A stretch of DNA of 40,344 bases from Ministeria vibrans ATCC 50519 (taxonomy: Eukaryota; Protista; Filasterea). The stretch lies in assembly GCA_943704425.1 (NCBI GenBank), contig CALSCP010001793.1, forward strand, positions 1 to 40,344, given 5' to 3'. Below the pieces are notes generated by a model. The model saw only the letters and a list, made by a program, of their open reading frames with translations, did not search any database and had not been told where the DNA came from. The position numbers and the translations under genes are program-made. Below, piece after piece: positions 13,444-25,400 of the stretch (the first letter of the stretch is position 1; each line of letters begins with the position of its first letter).

Positions 13444-15864
13444 AGGTGTTTTTGTGTGTTTCTGTGAAAGAGAAACCAATCCATTCTTGTCGGCACTCCC
13501 TCTTTTTTCATACCTGGCAGTTCTGTGCGACCAGCGTAACCAGGATTCATCGTGACAAAGACAGCAAATGATTCTCTGAGCTGCAAATCGACTCCTTCAA
13601 AGAGAAAGCGCTCCGCCTTGCGCTGCAGCGCACTCTGCACCGTCGCAATCTGCTGGGCAATCACCGACAGCACTTCAATGTCGATGCGATTAAACTCGTC
13701 AAAGCAAGCCCAGGCACCGGCTGCAGCAAGTCCCTTGAAGAACTTGCCCATCGACAGGTAGTCAAGTTGGTCGGAGCAATTGAAGACGACACATTGCATT
13801 GCCAGTGCCTAAGTAAAAGAAAAGATAGATATGAAAAAAAGAAAAAGAAATAGAGATAAAGTGAGGAATCTCTAGGATAGGAGGCGAAAAAATAACAATG
13901 CTCATTTCGTGCCGTTTACCTTTGCCAAGTCTTTGACACTCTCGGTCTTTCCTGTTCCCGCAGGACCCGCTGGAGCACCGCCCATGGTCAGGTGCAAGGC
14001 AGACGTCAGAGTCAGGTAGCAACGGTCTGTGAGCGGTGTAATGACCAGACGCCCCGAGTTTCCAAGGTACTCAAGACCGCTGAAAGAGATTATGATTCAA
14101 TCATGAGAATAATAATAATTATTATTATTATTATTGTCACTCTTTATTTCTAGTCTTACTAGCGGAACTGTGCGTTGACCATACGCACAAACACGGTGTG
14201 TGACTCTTTGTACTCTTCCCAGTAGTATCGCATTTGGCTGTTCCACTCAAACGCACCAGGTGATGACACCTGCGAGAGTGGAAGGAATAAAAAATAAAAA
14301 CAAAGAATGGAGAGAGCGAGATCGAAGGTTGTGCGCAAGTGTGCGTGTTTGATGTAAGTCACATTGTATTTTTTGTATTTTTCTTACGTTTTCTTTGATG
14401 AGTCGTCGCACCACATCACGGCCATGTACATCAATGACCATCAGTGCACCAATGACCATTCGCTCAATGCGCCCCAGTGAGCCACGAACAAGCTCCACAA
14501 GACAAGTCAGCTGAGCCAACTGCGACTCGAGCTCACGCTCCACAGTGCCCGTCTCGATGGCTTGCGTGACGGCGCGTGTCCAGAAGATCTGCGATACGGC
14601 AATGACGACTTGTCCGGGCCACTTACGCACCCACTCGGTGCGTGGGGTGACCATGTAGTCTTCAAGGGCGCGCTCCATGACGGCACGCACCGACACGCGC
14701 ATGACCCGCTCGACCTCCTTGAGCCACACTTCAACGTTGCCTGTGGGAAAGAGGGTCTCACTGAACGGCACACACTCTCCGTCGGCCGCAAGCATCGCCG
14801 TGATCTCAAGCTCATCTTCAAAGCGCAGTCGTGAGATGTTCTCAAAGCACTTGCGCAAGTGCGGCTGTACTGCCTGAGGGTCCTTCGAATCGGACAGGAT
14901 CTCGAGCAGTTCGTCGTCGGAGAGGAAGAAGAGACGCGGAAAGGCAAGGCACTTGGTCTCAAGAAACTCCGACAGACCCTTTTGCACTTGGTCCAACAGT
15001 TTATTACACTCTCGGAACTGCAGAAAAGAAAGTAAATAGATGTGGATTACAAAATGAGTGACGGGAGTTTTGTTATACCTGATTGAGCAGCTGTTGACTG
15101 TTGCAATAATCAATGGCTTTGCGGTTCTCACATGCGCCCTGAGCCATTTTGCGCCACAATCGATCGACCGTCTGAAAGCGCTTATGCTCACCAGGAAGCT
15201 AAAAATATATAAAATTATAAGAATTACCGTTCGCAGTTTTCTGGCTCAATTTTCATACCTGACGCGCAATGTCTACACTCCCAAAAATGGGTTCGAGATT
15301 GAGCCATTTGATTTGACACGTGACCCATTCTTCGAGAACTTCCTGAACAAGTTTCAATCGAGTGTCCCAAATGCTACGAAGCAAACCAAAAGAATCAGAT
15401 AGTGATAGATGATAGAGAGAAACCAATAATAAAGAAAGTAATAGAGAGAAGGTGATCGAGAGAACGTAATAAAAAAGTGAACAAAGTAATATGAAGAAAG
15501 AATGAACAAAGTGTTAGAGAGAGAGAGAGAGATTATTTGATGTACAGAATTCGTTTCTCAAAAGGTCCTTTGAAAGGTGAGAAGGCGCAGCTCTGCACAA
15601 GAATGATCTGCTCGTCCAGCAACTGCCCTAAATCATCAACCCCGCGCACAATCTGAGTGCCAGTCGTGCGGTAGTCGGTCATGTCCAGCATCTGTGCCTC
15701 CCAGTCCAATTCCATCTTGTCTAATAGAGACTCGATTGCGTACTCTTTGCCCGCTTCTTCCGCAATCTGGAGAAAGAACGGAGCAGCAGGGGAAACGCAA
15801 GTCACGAGTTAAGCACACTCAGAGAAAAAACCCGTTGCACAAAACGCATCTCTGTACCTCACGC

Positions 15865-15899
<35 letters not shown>

Positions 15900-18800
15900 N
15901 NNNNNNNNNGGTCGTCACACCCCCTGGCGTTGAAAGGCCACTCTCTCTCTCTCTCAGACCAAATAATATTATAAATATAATTATCTTCTGAAATAAAAAT
16001 TCATGTTTACCTTTGAGATTTCATGAACGTGCTTGGCCAAACCCAATGCGAGACCCGACTCAAAGGTAAACGAGTCGCTGAGCACGTCCAAGGACTGGTC
16101 CATGGCAAGACGGCCCGCAAGGGCAGACCAGTGGCGATCGCGCATGCCCGGGTTGCGCAGGGCAACAATGAGTGGGATGTGTGGCTTGAAGGCGTCCATC
16201 TGGTCACGAATGGCCTCGGCGACAGCAAGACAACCTGACTGCTCACGAAAGTGCTTGACGGAACGGTGGATAGCACGATAAGCGGAGTGGAGGGACTCGT
16301 CAATGGACGACGCGTCGATGGCGTTGAGTGGTCCGGTCAGCCATGCCTCACGGTTGCGCGCCCACTCGTCCACGTTAGTCCAAAGCGCGCGATACGGCTC
16401 AAACTCACGCGCGACACGAGCGAGTGCGTCGTAGCGAGTAATCTCAAGACCAAACAAGCGCTCACGCGAGTTGAACAGTGCCACGGTGTTTTGGTCTTCC
16501 TTGATCTGACGCGCCAAGTGGCGCACTTCTGTGCCAATCTCGGCCGACCGCCGCAAGTCCGAGTTGCTCGCAAAGTCGGCGACAACAATGGCCAGGCGAT
16601 CAAGACGCTCCTCAAAGGCGGTCTGATCTTCAAGAAGATTCTCTTGGTACCGAGCGCAGTCCTATAGACAAGACGGAGAATTGAATACGGTGCATACCAT
16701 TACATTGAATGCGGTACCTTCGTGAGGGACTCTTGGACCGACGGGAGAGACTGAAGGAGGCGATGGGGTCCGGCGAGAGCACTGTACTTTGCGTCAAAGT
16801 CGTTTGGAGTGAGCACATAGCGACAGTCCTCGAGCAGTTTGTAGTCGGCAAAAAGTTCCTGTGTGCGTGTGCGCACCTCTTCAAGCAGCAACGGGATAGT
16901 GGTAATATACTCGCGGGTGGCAAAGAGTTCTTCGACGTTGGACGGGTGCTCAAAGGCGCGCTTGGTCATGGCAGTCAGTGTCGCAAGGATCTCGTCGGTG
17001 CGCTGGCGCAGTCGCTGAGCCAACAGACGCATTGTGCCCGACGCAAGTTCGTCACATTTCGCCATGAGGAAGGTGCGTGCTCGCTCGCAGTTAACCCAAA
17101 AGAGTCCAACCGCCGCGTGCTTCGCGAGTGTCTCCTCAATGCGATCGCGTTCATTCTGGTGCTCAAAGACAGCATCACGCAGTCGCTCGACGCTTGTCTC
17201 GGGCAAGTTCAGCTGTGCCAGATACGCTGCAGTGTCGGTCGCAAGGAGTGCATGAAAATGGTCAAACTGTGCCACGTAGTCGCGCAGAGGCTTGGAGGCG
17301 CCTGCGAGCAGTGAGCGAAGTTGGTCGCGAATGCGACACACAGCGGGTTCCTCTTCAAAGCACGACTCCAGCGGCGCCTGCTCTGCGCCCCAGAACAACT
17401 CAGTGACAAGGGAACGCTCAAGCTGCGGCACAGACTGTGTGGCGACTACGGCACGATCCAACAGCGCAATGGGACCCGTCACAAACGCGTCAAGAGGCAC
17501 ATCCAGCTCAATGCGAGCAGTCGACTCGCTCGCAATCAGATCCACCTGAAATACAGGTTTCTGATGCAATGGCTCATTCGCACTCGCAGCCACCGACACC
17601 GCGAACAGGTTCAAATACGCATCGAGCGAGTCCTAAAAAGACGGAGAAAAGAAGTACAAATAAATATTATTATTACAAAAATTGCAATAGGGGGTTTTCT
17701 TCATACCAGCACAATGGAGCGGAGAGTGTCCTGCATTGCAAAGCGAACGAGCGTGAGAAGCTTGCGGAGCTTTGAGGAGCGATAGACGTCCCAACTGGAC
17801 TCACGGAGGTTGAAGGAGCCCTTGGAGACGGTATCGTCGCTGGCGAGAGCCGACATGAGGATGTTGCGGATGGAGGTGGACCAGTGGTCGCGGAGGAAGA
17901 GGGCTGTGGCAGCGGACGCCTGAGACTGCGCCTGAGTAAACTCATCGAGAGGCTGTGCTTTGGGATGGAGATTGAAAAGCGAGTGGTGTGTGTGGGCGTC
18001 ACGACAGTCGCTGTGGATGCGTGTGAGGGCGGCCACAATATGCGCGTGCGTGTAAAAAGTGTGGAAGCGGAAAATGTTGGTGTGGTCGGCGATGGTGCCT
18101 GACGACAAGGAGGAAACGTACGTGGCGGGTGCAGGGGGTGGCGCGGGAAGGGCAGGGAGGTGAACAAAGTCAAAGGTGGTTGGATTTGACGTGACAATGT
18201 GATGGAAAGCAAGGCGGTTTTGAGCGCGAGCGTAGTCGTGTGTGACTTGTAAGAGTAGCGTGGGCACTGTCGCAGTGAATTTTTTCTTGAGAGTGCTGTT
18301 GTCAAAGGTGGCGTTGAGACGTTCGAGGAGCGCCTTCAAGTGTGGTTGCGTACTATGTTCCTCGATGGGCATGCAGTCAACGTAGAGGTTGTAGCGGAGG
18401 AGCTCTTGAGCGCGAGCCCGCGTGCGATGAGCGCGCACAACACGCTGCGCAAATTGCCGCGGGTCTTCGGCGAGGAAGCAAATGCGGATGCGGGGGAGCC
18501 ACAGAAGAGACTCGTCGACAAGGCGGCACGCATACTTGGCCTGTCTTTTGTTGTAGTCGATCACAACACAGTCCTGCCAATGAACGTTGTTGTGGTCGTG
18601 GTCGTGGTCGTCGTGGTCGCCTTCCACGAGCCAATCGTTGGTTGCGTTGACGTGGGGTGCTTGGACAAGGGCGCGCGCCGGGACTGAGGCGCCAAGAGCA
18701 AGCCAGGCGCTCGGAGAACGCGTCTCACCAAACTCGTCGTCCATACACTCGAGAGGCAAGAAGATGTCGGGAATGGCGGCGCCAGTGGCACGGCGGGGCA

Positions 18801-19370
18801 GGAGGTTGTGTGCGGCAAGGCCGTGCTCAGCCAACAGACACGTCTCGATGTGAAGCTTGGCATACTCACGTTTGCGACGTTCAACCTCGAGTTTGCGAGG
18901 CACATGCCTGGTGGCGTTGGTGGTGAGCTGGCGTTCGCGATCGCGACGCGAGTGAGGAAGGAGAACGCGCGGATCGAACGACGATTCGTTGCAGCGCTGT
19001 TTGCTGAAAAACGACCCAGATTCAACCAGTGGCGCCAACTGATGAGGTCGCGATGGAAGTGATGCTGCGGTAGACGCAGCGTCGGTGGCATGGGTACGAC
19101 CTAATCAATGTTCATTCATTTTTTTCACATTGTGTTGCCAAGGTGACGGATTTATAATTTCTCTTCTTTCGAGTGTCTTGCGATAATTGACCGTGACATC
19201 GACAGTGAGTGCGTCTTACCCGAGTCACACGCTACGGCTGTCTTGTTGGAGGAGATTTCTTCGGTGAGAACTTCCGAATAGAAACCGCGATCGGTTTGTT
19301 GAACGGGAGTGAACCTTTCGACCCTGCCGCCGAGCGACTGTCGACGGACAAGTGGGGGAAAGGGGTCCAT
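3912..19370 (-). CDS. DNAH1: Axonemal inner-arm dynein heavy chain, DNAH1-like, ~4189 aa, 23 exons: 19370-19220, 19100-17707, 17632-16718, 16661-16011, 15766-15546, 15373-15259, 15198-15079, 15017-14388, 14269-14160, 14079-13920, 13808-13514, 13299-13143, 13073-12907, 12762-12611, 12543-12382, 12272-11107, 10860-6511, 6205-5853, 5784-5673, 5605-5491, 5306-4997, 4866-4590, 4398-3912
   Basis: All 22 introns are GT-AG and the exons sum to 12570 nt with consistent phases. Motifs: [19 protein letters not shown], Walker A GPAGTGKT / GPTGSGKS / GPTGTGKT / [63 protein letters not shown] and [16 protein letters not shown]. The N-terminal [13 protein letters not shown] and C-terminal [13 protein letters not shown]...[15 protein letters not shown] match my recollection of DNAH1. 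Confidence 0.93.
6395..6495. repeat. (AAT/ATT)n AT-rich low-complexity tract in DNAH1 intron 17 (similar tract at ~12797-12870 in intron 13)
   Basis: Imperfect AAT/TAT trinucleotide runs seen directly. Confidence 0.85.
11007..11090. repeat. (TG)42 microsatellite in DNAH1 intron 16
   Basis: Perfect TG dinucleotide run. Confidence 0.97.
13339..13440. repeat. (TA)n microsatellite with internal N gap in DNAH1 intron 11
   Basis: TA runs either side of Ns at 13386-13392. Confidence 0.95.
15866..15899. repeat. Poly-C (sense poly-G) homopolymer next to an N gap in DNAH1 intron 4
   Basis: About 34 C followed by Ns. Confidence 0.85.
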
Positions 19371-19474
19371 GATTGAAGAGGCGACAACAAAAATAATTGA
19401 CGCTAATAGTTATTTTTATAATAATAATCATAATCATAATAGAATGAATAATATAATTATAGCGTGGGGTTTAC

Positions 19475-22400
19475 TTATTTCTTGAGGTACTTATCACACA
19501 AATCCAACACCATCTTCTGCTCGAGCTTGGCCGCCGCATCGCGAATGCGCATGATCTCGCCGGTGTTGCGCTCTCGCACGGCAATCAGATACGCCGCTTT
19601 GAGTTTACCGCAGAGAATGAATCCGCTAATGCGACTCTTTTCCGTGTGCAGACGAGCCACCAGAATCTATCATTATTCAATAGTGTGTGAGTGCGTCCAT
19701 TAGAACAAAAAAAAATGAACGCGAAGAAAGAGAAAAAGCGTAAAAAAATAAAAAAAATAATTATATTATTGTTGATCAAATAAGGGGAAGGACACAAATG
19801 ATAATCATAATCGAGTAAGAAGATTAAACCACATAGACAATAAGCAAACAAAGGTTAAACGCAAAAAGTGAATCAAAAGAGAACAAGATTGAAACTGAAC
19901 GTTTTGTGTGTGCCAGTCGACAAAAAAACAAATCGTTCGTACCTCAGCTGTCTTGTGATCGCCCATCTCACTCAACACCTTCACCGCACTCAACAATACT
20001 GCATCAACCTGCTCTCGCGTCAGATCATCCCGCACTGCATTCACCAGTCTCTCAATGCCATCAAGATCACTTGCGCGTGCGAGTTTTTGCGCTGCTTGCA
20101 CATACATTCCTACAAAAGTGTGTGTGTGTGCCGGGTAAGTGAAACAAGAGATGAGAAATGACCAAAATAAATGGTATTGAAAGAAAGATAAAGAGAGAGA
20201 GAGAGGAGAAAGAAACAAAGTGATAGAGAGAGAGAGGAGAAAGAAACAAAGTGATAGAGAGAGAGAGGNNNNNNTAGAGAGAGAGAGGAGAAAGAAACAA
20301 AGTGATAGAGAGAGAGAGGAGAAAGAAACAAAGTGATAGAGAGAGAGGAGAAAGAAACAAAGTGATAGAGAGAGCAAAAGCACAATTTTGAACAGCGTAC
20401 GGTCGGAAGAGAGCTTAAAGTGCTTAACGATGCTGGACGAGAGACGGTACTGTTCGCGCAGGACCAGAGTGCCCGCCAACTCCATCTTTTGCTTGTCAGA
20501 TCCAAACAGAGTCGATGCACTGTCCCCCAATATTTGAGTAATCTGAAAACATCGAGAAACAGAGAGAGAGAAAGAGAAACAATGCGATGGAGAGAGACAA
20601 AGTGATAGGGAAAGAGTGTGCGTGTGTTAGTGAACCAATAAAACAATTGAGTTAGAATGTGAGTAAGAAACATTGATATTGTAACTATCTTTGTTGATTT
20701 AAGAACAGAATGAGAGAGTCTAAATTGCCTTTGCTTTTTTTGTTAGGGTTACCTCAATTTGAAGTCTGACAGTGACTTTGTAACGTTCAATGTCATCACG
20801 AGCCATCAAGAGACGTCCCATCGCATCCGACTTAGTCTCATGTGAGGCAGACACCGGTGAGCCCCTCTCACTGCTACCACCACCACCAATGGGACTTGCT
20901 GTTGCAGTAGTGTCGTTACCGCTCTCCGCACTGTCGTCCAAGTGCAAGATGACACGTTTCAAGAGGCCAATCTTTTCCGAGACTTCCCCTTTGGAGCTCT
21001 GGAACATCTTGACGGCGGTCATGGCTGCACGGACAAAGTCACGCATGAACAGCTGGACATCGTAGAGGACGCGAAACATCTTCTTGAGGTTGAGCTGACG
21101 ACACGCAAGCATGAGGTAAGGGTGAATCCACCGGTCGAGGGACGGATCGAGCTCGAGCATGGCTTGCTTGAGCTCACTGAGACGACCGGTGGCCAGTGCC
21201 GTCATAAAGACGTCCTGAACAAAAGACTCGGATGAGAGGCGGTCGTCGAGGGTGCTGGCGCAGGCGCGATCGACGAGACCGTGACGCATGAAGAAGGTCA
21301 GAATGGAGTGGGCCGAACCGTACGTGCGCAGGTAGAACAAACACTCGTCGTAGCGATGCGTGTCCAGACCTGAACGTGTGCTCACGCCCCGTCGCTGCTG
21401 TGAGGTCGGGAAAAAGGCCCCTGAGCGCGTCTCGCGTGCCTTAAAGCTGTTGAGGAGCGCGTCAATCTTCAGCTCGAGGCCCACGTCCGTCTGTCCGCCC
21501 TTGTGGAAGGCACTCAGTTGCTTGTGTAGTTGCTTAATGTCGCCCGCCTTGATGGGTGGCTGGCTCTCGAGGCACTCCACGACCGCATTGAGGACTGTCT
21601 CGGACGCTTGTGGCTGTTCCCGCGACGTCAGACAGTGCCTGAGCATCTCGCGCGCCTCAGTAAAGCGACCCAAGCGCAAATAGGACATACCCCAGGCGGC
21701 CCACACGGGATTAGGGTCAAGACCGCACTTGGTCGACACCTCCATGGCCAACTGCATGCGGTCGTTGCTCACCAGTCGGTCGCGCAGCCGTCGTGCCTTG
21801 TCAGGCTCGTCCAGGTCCGCAATGCTCAAGACGCCATGGCAGTGACCACAAATGAGCGCACGCAGCAGTTCGACACGGCCGAGGTAGGTGTCGCAGCGCT
21901 CAACACCCCGATGCAGTCCATTGTCAAGGAACTTGAGCTTGGCATTGAAGCAGAGACGACGAATCATGGAAATGACAAGGAACTGGTCAATGCGAGTGTC
22001 GCCCGTCACCAAATGCTCCGAGAGGTGGTCGCAAAGACGCAGACAGGCCGAAGCGGACTCGCGACTGTCCTGAATCAGATCCAGAATGGCCATGCTCATG
22101 GTTGTCGACGCACCATGGCCAAATGTGAAGCGTCGGCGCGTTCCCATGTCCACGCGTTCGTCACCGTACAGCACCCACTTGAGACCACACGCGTCGACAG
22201 TCTTCGCCGACGGACGTACACCGCGGTTCAAGCCAAATGGATCCTCTGGCGCACCACTTGCTGCGCCCGTCTTAGGTGTTTTTGCCTTGGCACCAGCCAC
22301 GCGACTGCGCTTGGAGGCTCTCGATGCCGAGCTGCCTGCAGTGTCTTCACGCGCACTCGCTGACATGCTGCCACCCGTCACTTGCCCCCGACCATCTCCA

Positions 22401-25400
22401 CCATCATGCCGCGTTCCTTCCTCCACATCATCGTCATCTTCTTCTTCATCGTCGTCGTCACCGTCGTCGTCTTCCTCCTCGTCAATGTCACCGTGCCACG
22501 ACTCTTCGCGCTGCTTCGCTGTGAGTACAAGCTGAGAGCGACGGGGCGTGACGGGTGCGGTAGACATAAGGTGAGCCCGTGAGCCAGGCGACGATGGGAG
22601 ACCACGCATGGGCGAGTCGCTGCCAGTCTTGCGCTTCAAAGGACTCGCACTGGCCGATGTGGTGGCGGTGCGCATTTGAATTTTGGTGCGGGCGTACGAT
22701 TCGTGGCACTCGTCGCAGCAACGCAGTGGCTCTGGATGCTGAGGGTGCACCATGGGCTGGGCCGAACAGTTGGTGCACACAACACGACCGCAAAGACGAC
22801 AGTGATGCCGGCGGCTAAACAGGCCAAATGCCTCGTCCTTGCACACCATGCACACGTCGGCCTTGTCGTCGGGCACCCACTGCGACTGAGGCTTGAGCAC
22901 GAGCGGTGGCGGTGCAATGTTGATCACGGCTCCACCAGGATTTCCACCACCACTCCCAGCTGCTGTCCCTCGCGTTGCCGCAGAGCCACCCGGATGGTCT
23001 ACCGAGCCTGAGAACGACGATGAGGTGCCGCGACGGGAGATGAGCGAGGGAGCACGTATAATGGGCTCGGGCAGGGCCGGGAACTCAAGGGCCTTGTCGG
23101 CATAACGGGCCATCAACTCGACATCTTGGATCTTGGGCAGCTGCACAATGACATTGGCAGCGACGTCAAGGAGCAAATTCATGACGAGTTGTTCGAGAAG
23201 CAGTGCCGGCTGATGATAGAGATGTTCGCAGGCGGGCCGAAGGGCGGCAGGGAGCAGGTCAATGGCACGCAGGCCGACTTCGAGCTGCTCAAGGCGCTTG
23301 AGATGCTGTGGCGGCAGTTGAGCGCCCACAAAGTTGAGCATAAACTGCACAACGACAAGACGCTGTTCGCGTGAAGTGACACTGGCAAGAACGTCGGCGG
23401 CCACACGAAAGGCGTCCTCGTTGCCCATGGCCTGCAGGACGGCGTGAGCGCGGAAAGTGTCGCCGCGATCAAGAAGAGTGCGCAACTCGCGCTCTTCAAC
23501 CATGCGTAGAAGTCGGGTGGACTTTGAGCCGTCGCACATGCGCGCAAGACGCACTGCAAGCGGGTAGTCGTCCGTGGCAGCAAGGTCGCTGATGAGACTG
23601 GCTGCGTCCGTCTGACGTGCCGTCGCAACCATTTGCCAGTCGTGCCAGCGCGACGGATCCTTGGCGACCACCAGCGAGTACACCTCCATTTCTTCGAGGG
23701 ACTCTTGGACGCGTGCGCGACTTAGACTGTCAGAGGGCAGATGCTGGTCACACATGCGCAGCAGATCAAGACATACGTCGATAGGCCAGTCGCGCATGTG
23801 CTTGAAGAGAAATGACGATGCAATGTTCTTGTCGCGCAGACGACCAACATAGTGCCAGGCGGGCTGTGTGCTGCTGCGTGCGTCCGCTGCGGCACACAAG
23901 AGGAAGTCGGGGGCACCTCCTGCAAGACACTGATCGGCCACAAGCAGTGCCTCGGCGGCACGACCCGCATTGAAGAGTGCGTCGACCACTGCGGTGATGA
24001 GTCGTTCGCGTTCACTTGACGTCGCCTCGAGCAGTGTGATGACAGAGGGCACAGCAAAGTCGTCGGCCGAGGCACAAACGGGCGCACAGAGCGCCTGAAC
24101 GGCCCGGTTGACCTGCGAGAAGTCACGCACAGCCGACGAGATGTCGGTGAAGGTGGCAGTGGGGCGAGCAACGACAGCGAGAGCGGCCAAAAGCGGCGCA
24201 CGCACTCGCAAAAACGAGACGATTTCGGGGGTGAGTGTGTCGGTGAGACAACAGCGACGCACGAGCAGTTGCACAAGGTCCTTGCCACACGCACGTGCCA
24301 CGAGCTCGGCAAGATCAAGGTTGCCATCGGTGAAGGCCAGGCGGCAAATGGTGTCGGTGGGACCGACGTTGAGGATCGCTTGTGTGTCGTCCTGTGAGGG
24401 TGTAAGGAGCTCAGTGAGACGATCGAGGTGACGCACAAAGTCGACAAGAACACCGTCACCAAATGCGGCAAACAGTGCCTCGGCGTCCGGCTGCTCGTGG
24501 GCGTTGTGTGCGTCAAGTGCGCTGCGACGCAATGCTTGTTGTTCGTTAAAAAGGCACACTTGTTCGGCACTCTCCAGAGGCACCACCAGACCCGACTGTG
24601 CATCGACACCGGTGAGAAGTGCCGAGAGGGGCGCAGTGGGAAAAGAGTCAAGAAGTGCACACAAGAGAGTGGTCAGCTCGGTGGTGTCGCGGTCAGTGGT
24701 CGTGTCAAGACGGTCAAGCAAGGAGCGCGAGAGGTCAGGATGAGCGGCAAAACAGAGTGCAATATCGAGAGGAGCGGTGAGAGGCGCAAGCGAGAGAGCC
24801 GTGTCAATGTCGGAGGTGGCAGCGGCAGTGGCATTGGCCGGATCGCGTTCAAGGTGCGTCGCAATGGCATCAAATGATTTGGCGACGGTGACATGATCGT
24901 CGAGTTGGGTGTCGAGTTCGAACATTCGAATGACCTCACGAGCGCGATCGTATGCGTCCGCTCGTAGACACATAGAGAGGAGTGCCAACGGGTTTGAGAG
25001 CATTCGAGGGAGCAAAGAAGAAGCAGCAGCGGAGGAAGAGGAAGAAGACGAAGAAGGTTCATCGGGGGATTTGAGGCGACTGACAAGGGCGAGACGCCAA
25101 CGGGCCTCGTTTGCGCGACGTCTGAGGGCCGCGAGACGTGTCTGGTCGGCGGGACGCACCGTCGGGGAGGTCTCAATGTCGGTGAGAGAGTCGCGGATGA
25201 GATCGAGGACAGAGGAGACGAGGGGTGCAGTGGCAACAAAATGGTTGTGCTCGCGTGCAAAGAGGAAAGAGAAGGCGTCTTCGAGGAGTGAGAGACGCTG
25301 AGGAATGTCGAGGGCGAGGAGCGCGACGCGCGTCGTGGCAAAAGCATCATCGTGGTTCTGGTGGGCATTGGCAAAGGCATGGGCAAGGGTGACGAGAATG

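Noticed and set aside
14159-14161. Apparent premature TAG in the dynein frame (similar stops at other ORF ends), suggesting a pseudogene or readthrough
   Set aside because: The codon is split by a GT-AG intron (TA|C = Tyr). Every such stop falls in or across an intron, so no recoding is needed.
15866-15909. Sense-strand poly-G as a G-quadruplex element
   Set aside because: It abuts an N gap, so its length and reality are uncertain; it may be a sequencing or assembly artefact.
20192-20374. CRISPR-like regularly spaced repeats
   Set aside because: The spacers are just (AG)n, the array is intronic in a eukaryotic gene, and no cas genes are present.
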